A stretch of 63,624 bases of DNA, counting the filler, from Octopus bimaculoides (Eukaryota), in assembly GCF_001194135.2 (NCBI RefSeq). It is 4 parts of 3 records of this genome, joined end to end, with 100 filler letters (N's around TTAATTAATTAA, not from the genome) between each part and the next. Parts side by side here need not be neighbours in the genome. Positions count along the whole stretch, not along the records: positions 45,515 to 60,639 come from NC_068983.1; positions 60,740 to 63,624 come from NC_069001.1; 2 more parts are not named here. One strand, written 5' to 3'. The notes beneath the pieces were generated by a model, which made no database searches, was not told the origin of the DNA, and saw nothing but the letters and a program-made list of their open reading frames with translations. The translations under genes were made by a program, and so were the position numbers. This document shows, piece after piece, positions 53,862 through 63,624 of this stretch (the first letter of the stretch is position 1; each line of letters begins with the position of its first letter).

Positions 53862-54999
53862 TTGTTAAAGAGGACAGAAACGCTAAGTCAAGAGAGACAT
53901 CTCAATCCATATACGTTATTATTATTGGAAAAATATAGTTTTACAACGAAGCCTTCACAACGTGTAAACAAATTCTTCCGCACATTTAGATTCTTCCATT
54001 AATCCAAGTGTAAACCTCCCCCCACCGCCACATATAACACTCAAAACTCCATGGTCGTTATTACATACTCTTGTATATCTTTTCTATCAACCTTAGTACC
54101 TTAAAAGATAACTGTTAATCCTTTAATTTTTTTTAAACCTTAAACTATTAGATCCCCTAATCTTTAGTTTGTAACCTTTATTCCTAAATAATTTAACATT
54201 CAACTGGTTTCTCCATTCATGCCTACCTACTCACTCATACATCCATAGCTAGAAATATGTCTATGGCCTCTGACCTTAGTCATAAAACGGACACAAACAC
54301 TTACTACTTGACTTCCTGCCCCCAGCCCCTACAAACTAGAACAGCACTGGAATTTACTATTCTCTTTGAATCCCTTTCATTTTATTTATATTGTATTTTT
54401 TACGTTATCTCATTTACCTCCTCATCTCTCCTTATTTACCCGTATATATTTATTTAACTGCTTGTTTATTTTTGTACATTATATTTTCATATACCTTATC
54501 TTATCCTCCATATCTATCCTTGCAATCCTCCTCTTCTTTCTGTACCTCCAGCTTCCTTACCAATACCTTGCTCTCTCTCTCTATATTTTTCCTTTCTCTT
54601 TATCTCCCAATAGCCACTTCTGTCATTCTCTTACGAACCATCGATATGAACGCGTTTATCTCTGTATATTTACACTATGAAGGCTATAGACATACATGGA
54701 TTTATATAGGATTGTATTAAAGACTTATGGTCTAATATCTACACTATCAGAAATTTGAACTGTGAGCTCTTATGTTTTTTTCTTCTTTTTCTTCATTTCT
54801 TTATATTTTCTCCAGTCCTTTATTTCAACATTTCCTTAATCTATACTCTTCACATTTTCCCTATTTGTCTCTGATGACTGTATATCCCATATTTTAAGAT
54901 ATCCCAGAAACAGCTGTAAGACTATCTTTTTCTAATAATAATGACGTATACGACTTGAGATGTTTGTCTTGCCTTAGTGTTTGTTGTCCTCTTTAACAA
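53862..54999 (+). mobile_element. Penelope-type pLTR element with about 85-bp inverted termini and a hammerhead
   Basis: 53862-53945 is the reverse complement of 54915-54999. Pyrimidine-rich body; hammerhead at 54867-54922. Confidence 0.75.
54867..54922 (+). ncRNA. Type-I hammerhead ribozyme-like motif (best-preserved core in the window)
   Basis: gtct CTGATGA ctgtatatc-loop-gatatccca GAAAC agct GTA agac. Stem I gtct/agac, palindromic ACAGCTGT stem III, imperfect stem II. Confidence 0.7.
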
Positions 55000-55022
55000 T
55001 TACACAAACACACACACACACA

Positions 55023-55053
<31 letters not shown>

Positions 55054-55067
55054 CAACCCATATTAGT

Positions 55068-55325
55068 GAAGGCGCACGAGCTTACGATCGTGGGCTGCGT
55101 GTTGTGTTCTTGAGCAAGACACTTTATTTCACGTTGCTCCATTTAACTCAGCTGTAGAAATGCTAAGCTGTATCGGCCTTTGCCTTTCCCTTGGATAACA
55201 TCAGTGGTGTGGAAAGAGGAGGCTGGTATGCATGGGCGACTACTGACCTTCCATAAACAACCTTGCTCGGACTTATGCCTCGGAGGGTAACTTTCTAGAT
55301 TCAATTCCATAGTCATTCATAACCG
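55068..55325 (+). mobile_element. SINE family C copy
   Basis: gtgttcttgagcaagacactttatttcacgttgctcc ... ccttccataaacaaccttgc. Confidence 0.85.
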
Positions 55326-55355
55326 AAGNNNNNNNNNNATATATAGTGATACACG

Positions 55356-55401
<46 letters not shown>

Positions 55402-55777
55402 CACACGACTCAAAGATGTATTTAGACACATATATATGTGTATGAATATATGTGTGCATACGTAAGCACTTCACCACGTGTAGATATATTTTGACGAAGT
55501 GCTGTTTGTTATTTAATATTGTCAATAATAATATTCATTTTCAGCGATTTGAATTTAAATAAGGTTTGTCAGTTTCGAACATTTGATTTGTTTACATATT
55601 CAAAAAGATTACAGTGGTTATTCGGCACCTCTGCTACCTACTTGTTATTTTTTGAGGGAAGAATAAGTTACAACTTTTACCGCGTCTATTTGTTTTAGTC
55701 AGTTTATGGCAGCAGAACCATGGATACAGGGCAGTCGTCATATCACAAATATGTGAGATGTATATTAATGTAACCCC

Positions 55778-55823
<46 letters not shown>

Positions 55824-56437
55824 ATCTGTTATCATGTTTCAGTTGGTAATAATATATACATAAACACACGAACACGCACATACCTACACACGTGATGGAC
55901 GTTTCATGTTGGTATGTCTATTGACAGGCATTGGTTAAAACGAGGCTACTCTTAATGCCATTTCTTTTAGACGAGGTCGGTCAGTGCTATCTAGATTTCA
56001 AGAATATCTCCTCTAAACTATTATTTAAAAACTCGAGATGTAGCCTGCCACATATCCAACAACTCGTTTTATATCGAGCGAAAACCACAGTACGTTGCCT
56101 TTCAGCAATGTGTATAAGTTAGGTATGATACATAAGTGATTTTTGTTTTGCTTTACCATTTCCTCATTTGTATACAATAGACTATTTATTCAGCCTCGCA
56201 GATTTTCGCAATACTAGTGAATGTATTATTCACTTGTTGTGTTTTGGGAGGTCATTACGCCAATAAAAAGAACACGCACACTAGTTCAGTATCACTTCTT
56301 TATTATGAATCAGTTGGTTAAATATCTAACAAGCTTGCTAAACGATCGTTTGTTTAATGTGTTGCTTCAACAATCAATAGTTTGTTATTCAAAGTTCTTT
56401 CATTGGTATTGGCGAGCAATTCAATGACATGTCTCTC

Positions 56438-56470
<33 letters not shown>

Positions 56471-57015
56471 TCAGGGTTTGCCCTGAACCGGAGGTGACTG
56501 ATCTAGTCTACGCATGTGGTTTATCGTGGCCACCTGTCTACACGTCGTGGAGATGGCCCAACAATAACGTAACACATATGATCTTCTTGCTAGTCGCTAT
56601 TGGGTTGATTTTCATCTCACTGTGTTGTTCAGAATGCAGAACGTTCATACGAAATTTTATCATGGAGGAAAACAGCCATAGTCCGCCTGTCAATAGTATA
56701 CATACATTAAGTACGATGAATGGATTTTTATTTTGTTGTAACACATTAAATTTAACTGTTTCTTTGAAACCTTTGTGCTATAATGTACTATCTCCAAATA
56801 ACTAATATCAGACAATACGAACCTTACATTAAGCGTATTCGCATCAGGAAATAATACGCATTGCTTCTGATATTAACACAAATGAACCCAAGTACGCGTA
56901 GAATATCTGGATATTATTCAGTTATAAACGGTAGGATATTCATGAAATTAATTAGTACAGGAAACCTATTCATGTCTTGAAGTATTTCTATTTTTCTCGC
57001 TGTTATTATATGCAC

Positions 57016-57069
<54 letters not shown>

Positions 57070-58435
57070 ATGTGTGTGTGTGTGTGGATGTATTTTACTA
57101 TCATCTTCTGGCAGTATCTTATTAGCGTAAGGTATGTTAATAAGGTAATTTCCTGTTGTTCTACGAATACATATGTATATTCAAGAATTCATGATGCAAG
57201 TGTACAATGCAAGTATATCATTCACTTATACACATACATTCAGAGGTACTCACAAATATGCGCACACATATATATGTGGATGAATATATCTATATATACA
57301 AACTTTTTATTTCTGGTATACGCAGATTGTTGTACATTTCGTCAACCTTTGTAAACATAATCCTCTTAATACTAGTCTGGTTTATGTCTGAACATGTAAA
57401 TCGCTCAGTTTAATTTATTTTTAAACAACGAGTATTCCCTTTTATTCTCTTCAAATCCAGGTGTGTATATGATATTATTTAAATAGATTGTTTGCCAAAC
57501 ATACAGGAGGGAACGACAATGACAGAATAACACAAAACTCTATGGAAAGTATTTCATTCACCAACACGCTGTAATCATTTATTCAAATATGAGCTGATTA
57601 CCATCCCTGGATATTTTTCTTTCCTTACAACAGCTTGCACTCAACTCAACTGGCCCAACTGCATATAATTTCTATTAAGATCCACCCAGCTTACTTCTCT
57701 CTTCTCTTAATGTTGGTTAGTGCGTTCCACCATCCATGTCCCTTCTAAATACTTCACATTTACACATCTATGAAGATAATAACCCCCACCCCGTAATACG
57801 TTCCACCCGCATTTTCCTATCAGATATCGAACTAAGGATATTGAAAACTGATTACCGACGTAGAAAATCTTGCCAGACGTAGAGTGAAATACTTGATAAA
57901 AATAAACAAACATTCAAAACGCCTTTTCACCAATATGTGAGATCAGCTAAAATTCTGATTAGCCTCACATGACTGTTCCAAACAAAACAAGATCATAATA
58001 GGAAAACTTCTAATTTTACAATAGTAATTCCTACTATGCAAACAGAATTCCAATTAAATCAAATAACTTCTTATTTGTCGTCTCTCTTGTCAATCGATGC
58101 AGCTGTTAAATCAACTATACACACATATAAATGTTTTATTTTATTCTCTTTCGACATTGAAGAATCAATAGAAATATGTATTTGCATGAAAATTATATTG
58201 TATTTTAATAATAATAATATTCATTCTTCGTAGTGTATTTTGATGAATAGTCTTGCAGTTTATTAAACTACATTACTTGCGTTCTAACATAGGAGGAACC
58301 AATGAGTAATATGCTAATCCATAGATATATTGATTAATATCGGTAATAATGTCCTACTTTAGACTAGCAACGCCCTGTACAGGTAGGCAGTAAATTATCC
58401 ATAAAGTTTAACTATTTATCCATCTGTCTGCCTGC

Positions 58436-58511
<76 letters not shown>

Positions 58512-58565
58512 ATATCCATCTAGCTATCTGTCTGTCTGTCTGTCTGCCTGACTATCTATCTATAT
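58436..58565. repeat. (TATC)n/(TGTC)n microsatellite
   Basis: Directly visible. Confidence 0.9.
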
Positions 58566-58594
58566 ATCTATCTTTTATCATTTATCTTTCAGTT

Positions 58595-58990
<396 letters not shown>

Positions 58991-59617
58991 ATAAACATAC
59001 GTATACATATTCATAAAAGTACACCCTCTCCCATCCCACACACATGCATAAACCACTCAATATTTGTAAGGAGAAGCCAACAACGTTCGATAGTATTCTG
59101 ATTGTACGCTAGTGATCAAGTGCAGAGTGAATCTTTCAAACATATCGAAGTTCCTTAAATTGTACCCAAATACATCAGCAATGTGAAGAGAAGTAATATG
59201 GAGTTGTACAGAATGGTTGTTTTCTACAAAGAGGAGATGCATATGCTACTCCAAAGCGTATGCAAAGTAAACTATCGATCAAAATTTGTGAGTGGAGCGA
59301 ATGACAAATACATGTGTAGGTAGAATTCGCAGCCTCCAAGATAGTTTGTAATATAAAAGAATAACAATAACAAAAACCACCTGAATATATGGTCCGGGTT
59401 CGTTAAGTGAACATGACGTGGCAAACTATAGCGTGGGTATTTAAACGTTTTGCCTAAATTATAAGCAATTGAGTGTCATTCGACTTAATGCCAGATTAGT
59501 TATTCGTAAGTTGTAGAGGAGAAACAAGAGAAAAGAGAGGGGCGTATGAACGCAAGACCAACGGTTAGAACGAAAACGAATTGTGAGCATCACAAGCATG
59601 CAGACACAGACACGCAC

Positions 59618-59680
<63 letters not shown>

Positions 59681-60584
59681 TTCCTGCTAAATGAAGGTGT
59701 AATTTTCTGTAAGTAAAAGGTAACAATCTGAAAAAAAAAAAGGATTAATTACATGCAATAAATTATCATGATAAACTAACAATTACACTGATAACCAATG
59801 GTGGTAATAAATAATATTTACGTTGTGTTTTCATTTACTGCGTGAGCTCAATAAGTGTATCTGTTTCGATCAGGGCGTTTCTTACCATAGAATAACTTTC
59901 GCTATTTTATTGTGTCTTATGGTGGTATATATAACTGCTCATGCTAGCATATGAGTTTATTTTCAAGTATTAGACATCCATCGAGCATACATATGCTTGA
60001 TGCTAACCTCAATGTTGTAATGAGAATCCACTACAGATGCATGTTTCTTGACAAACCAGGAGATATTCTATGTTTATGATAGAACAAACCAACAACGGTT
60101 ACATTGTGTATTACGCGTCTCACTATAAATATCAACGACAATTTTCTGAAATCCCATCTAGAACATATAGGAGTTAAAATTTCTACGGTTTTATGTCCAG
60201 GATTTATATACTAAATATAACGAAGAAACTGATTTCGATAAGAAAGATTCGGTTAACTAGGTAGCTTAATCAGATCTCCATTTTGTAAGTCGTATACTCT
60301 GAGAGCGACAACTATAAGGAGATGTGCATTTCTGCTACAAAGAATTAAAAAGCATTAACACCTAGTTTAGATTAGAGGCAGCTGATGAAGGAAAAATTCC
60401 ATAGGTGGCTTCTCTGTTTTCCTGTGTGTTCGTTCTATTGTCTGCAAACATAGTCCGTTTTTTGTGCTTTTTGTTCCCGTTTATTTGTCTGACGTCCTGT
60501 ACCCGGATATGCATCTATATATACATGTAGATGTAGGCATGTACATATATGTATGTATACATGCATATGCTCATATATCATTAG

Positions 60585-60639
<55 letters not shown>

Positions 60640-60739
60640 NNNNNNNNNNNNNNNNNNNNNNNNNNNNNNNNNNNNNNNNNNNNTTAATTAATTAANNNNN
60701 NNNNNNNNNNNNNNNNNNNNNNNNNNNNNNNNNNNNNNN
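60640..60739. other. Artificial contig/scaffold spacer
   Basis: Identical 44N-TTAATTAATTAA-44N cassette. Confidence 0.95.
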
Positions 60740-61009
60740 GAGGAAGAAGTATATGGTAAGGCTTGACTTGTTTTGATATTTTATGTGTGTACGTGCTGGG
60801 ATGGAGAGTATAGGTCATTGCTTTGACCTTAGGCACAACAGGCGCTTCCTCATTGAATTCAGATATAGGGTAGAAAATAAATATCGTTTGATGTTGCCGA
60901 TTCGAAGTTCTTTGTGTGAGTTGACAACTGATGTTCCCTTAAAGGGTCGTGTTACTTCTGGTGGTACAATTAGCTCTTCGATGTTGCTAGTGTTTGTGTG
61001 GATGGATAG

Positions 61010-61337
61010 GTGCATGGCTCAGTGGTTAGAGCGTCGGGTTCACAATCACGAGGCAGTGAGTTCGATTCACGCGTCGAGCTGTGTGTTGTGATCTTGAGCA
61101 AGGCAATTTATTTCACGTTGTTCCAGTTCACTCAGCTGTAGAAATGAGTTGCGACATCACTAGTGCCAAACTGTATTGGCCTTTGCTTTCCTCTTGGATA
61201 AGATCAGTGGCATGGAGAGAGGAAGCTGGTATGCATGGGTGACTGCTGGTCTTCCATAAAACAACCTTGCCTGGACTTGTGCCTCGGAGAGTAACTTTGT
61301 AGGTGCAAACCCATGGTCATTCATGACCGAAGGGAGT
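61010..61337 (+). mobile_element. SINE family C, near full length, tRNA-derived head
   Basis: A-box-like tggctcagtggttagagc and B-box-like gagttcgattc; body matches the other copies. Confidence 0.9.
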
Positions 61338-61338
61338 G

Positions 61339-61376
<38 letters not shown>

Positions 61377-61377
<1 letters not shown>

Positions 61378-62021
61378 TGCAAAACGAGAGAAAGCAAAAG
61401 GTGGAGACTTTCAAATAATGAATTTTTATGTATAAATATACAAATAATTCTATAGCTATTATCCCTAAACTTTGACAAACCCAACACAACAGACTACCAT
61501 TCAAATACTATCTACACTACCCTCCTATTTATCTACCACCTCTCCACCTCCTACTACTACCTACCTTAGTACCCTCATTATTAACCCCTCACTCTTCCTG
61601 AACTATTTTTCTCTTCTCATCATTCCTTGTCTTAATACCCCTCATAACCCCACCGACCTTCCTATTTCTTCCTATTTCTACACCTAGCTCTCCACACTTA
61701 ATCATTCCATCTTTGAACTTTTCTGCATTAAGATTTGAAACGTAAAATCTTCTCTACCCTGATGACGGAGGCTCGTCTTATCCAATGTTGACTGCATCCA
61801 TTATGACCACATATTGTGATGAACTACATCTACCAACATTATCATGGATCTCCGAACCCACAGAAACAACTGTTGGACTTATAACACCTTTCTTCCACCC
61901 CTTTAATTTTTCTGTCGTTTGTACTCTGTAAATTGGACCTATTAATATAAATACCTGTATATTTATACTTAAAAATTCATTATCTGAAAGTCTCCACATT
62001 TTGCTTTCTCTCGTTTTGCAT
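61377..62021 (+). mobile_element. Penelope-type pLTR element with 66-bp inverted termini and a degenerate hammerhead (61756-61877)
   Basis: 61377-61442 is the reverse complement of 61956-62021. cc CTGATGA cggag ... ctccg (8-nt insert) GAAAC aact GTT gg. Confidence 0.7.
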
Positions 62022-62032
62022 ACATACATACA

Positions 62033-62063
<31 letters not shown>

Positions 62064-62467
62064 GTTTCTATTTAATACCCAAGCTATTATATTTAATATA
62101 TTTAATATATCATTAAACTACGGTAGTAGTTGAATAATATTCTTAAGGCCGCAATTTACTCACACGCAGCGTCTTCAGAGCTTTGCCGCTAATTCAGTAC
62201 TCAACCAAATTGGAAACTGTTAACATTTTAAAAGCTAATATTTTCTAAATCTAAATATTTCATTTGAAATTTTCTCCTTAGCTGCAATATTTTAAGGAAA
62301 ATTTTTCTTGTTCTGTACTTTACCACATGTAATAAGTTGTCCTGAATTTTTCCAAGTGTAAGAACTTGCTCTGTAATTTTCCAGGTTTATAATGCTCGCA
62401 TTTTCCCATGTTTAATATATTTAATTTGTCTAATTTGTTTATCCACATAATTGCCTCTATACCCGCT

Positions 62468-62869
62468 CATATTTCAACTAACCGAAATTCTGCTCATGTC
62501 TAAACACTGCCTGACGCTAATACTTCGTTATTTTCCTCGATCGGGCGATCTACTGATGCAAGTCAGTCAACGTATTGACTGAATCATACATAAAACTATG
62601 GCTTTATAAGTTCGTTCAGAGTTACCTCTCTTAGGTACAGCTCACCGACAAGAGCCAAGGAGCCTGAAACATCGATGTCTGGGATTCCTAACAGGTGGTA
62701 ACACTGAACGAACCGGGTGTTTTCACTCCTTTTTATTATAAGAGAGATATATTCTCCACGGTAACAGCAGTGCATTTGTCTTTTAGCAGCCGAAATGTGT
62801 TAGAAACATATTTCAACTAACCTGAATTCTACCCATGCCTAAACACTGCTTAGCGCTAACACTTCGTTA
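62468..62869 (+). repeat. 63-bp direct repeats 339 bp apart enclosing a hammerhead-like motif (62641-62683)
   Basis: catatttcaactaacc..aattct..ccatg.ctaaacactgc...cgctaa.acttcgtta at 62468 and 62807. Between them: ctca CCGACAA gagcc..GAAAC atcgat GTC tggg. Confidence 0.6.
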
Positions 62870-62889
62870 AAATGTATTATGCTTACAAA

Positions 62890-62891
<2 letters not shown>

Positions 62892-62921
<30 letters not shown>

Positions 62922-63112
62922 CTTCTTCTTCTTCTTCTTCTTCTCCTCCTCCTCCTCCTCCTCCTCCTCCTTCTTCTTCTTCTTCTTCTTCTTCTTCTTC
63001 TTCTCCTCCTCCTCCTCCTTCTTCTTCTTCTTCTTCTTCTTCTTCTTCTTCTTCTTCTTCTTTTCCTCCTCCTTTTCTTCTTNNNNNNNNNNCCTCCTCC
63101 TCCTCCTCCTCC
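62892..63112. repeat. (TTC)n/(TCC)n trinucleotide array
   Basis: Directly visible, with a 10-N gap inside. Confidence 0.95.
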
Positions 63113-63575
63113 CCTTTTTAGCATATAAATTACATACCTGATATAATCATTAACGTGATTGTATCCTTCAATTCTATTAAGAATAAATGATAAAAATATT
63201 TTTACTCCTCATCAAAATCGCATTTCCTGCGAGGCCATTTTGATAATAAGCACGTGGTTGAAATGAAAAAGTATAAATCCAATTTTTTTTGAGGTTTATA
63301 CGTGCAAATATTTCTATGCCAATTCGCTTTGTATGAGTATTTGTGTTTATATTTCAGTATATTATGCTGACGATGGGAAAAAGCTTTTTTTTATGGCTTT
63401 AATCCTGAAATTGGACTCAATACATAATTGATTGCGAAGTTTTATTTAGTATTTTTTCATTTGCCTGTTTACAACATGTATTTTTTGAGTTATTCGGTAC
63501 TTTCTTAGTGCATTTGGCATCTATTTCCATCATGTAGGAGAAGGTTTTTTTTTATCCTGATCTCTTAATTTAATT

Positions 63576-63624
<49 letters not shown>

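Noticed and set aside
60745-60940. Cadherin-like motif (ISEFNEEAPV) on the minus strand
   Set aside because: Single weak motif with no DRE/LDYE or other repeat hallmarks and no clean splice sites.
61010-61085. tRNA gene
   Set aside because: A- and B-box-like motifs run into a SINE body shared by four copies, and I could not fold a full cloverleaf.

Overview
AT-rich, microsatellite-saturated animal genomic DNA. The SINE/LINE families suggest an octopod cephalopod, probably Octopus (inference from family recognition, not a database result). The window is not one contiguous locus: three 100-bp spacers (44 N + TTAATTAATTAA + 44 N; 28525-28624, 45415-45514, 60640-60739) split it into four segments whose adjacency is unproven. 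The only well-supported gene is the 3' end of TRAF7 on the minus strand of segment 2: five phase-0 coding exons, four WD40-encoding and a 12-nt terminal VWQ* exon. The rest is transposon debris: R4/Dong-like, RTE and CR1 LINE fragments, a Tc1 remnant, hAT and piggyBac-like MITEs and four SINE families. The most interesting signal is a Penelope-retroelement/hammerhead-ribozyme system. It comprises a decayed RT + GIY-YIG Penelope ending in a hammerhead-like motif and six further hammerhead-like motifs in small elements. Two of these elements have 66-85 bp inverted termini, and in one the inverted arm stops at the predicted cleavage triplet. Also notable are a nested TE stack in a TRAF7 intron and CpG decay confined to the TRAF7 segment. 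Almost all entries in the ORF track are microsatellite artefacts. TE boundaries are approximate unless TSDs or TIRs are cited.
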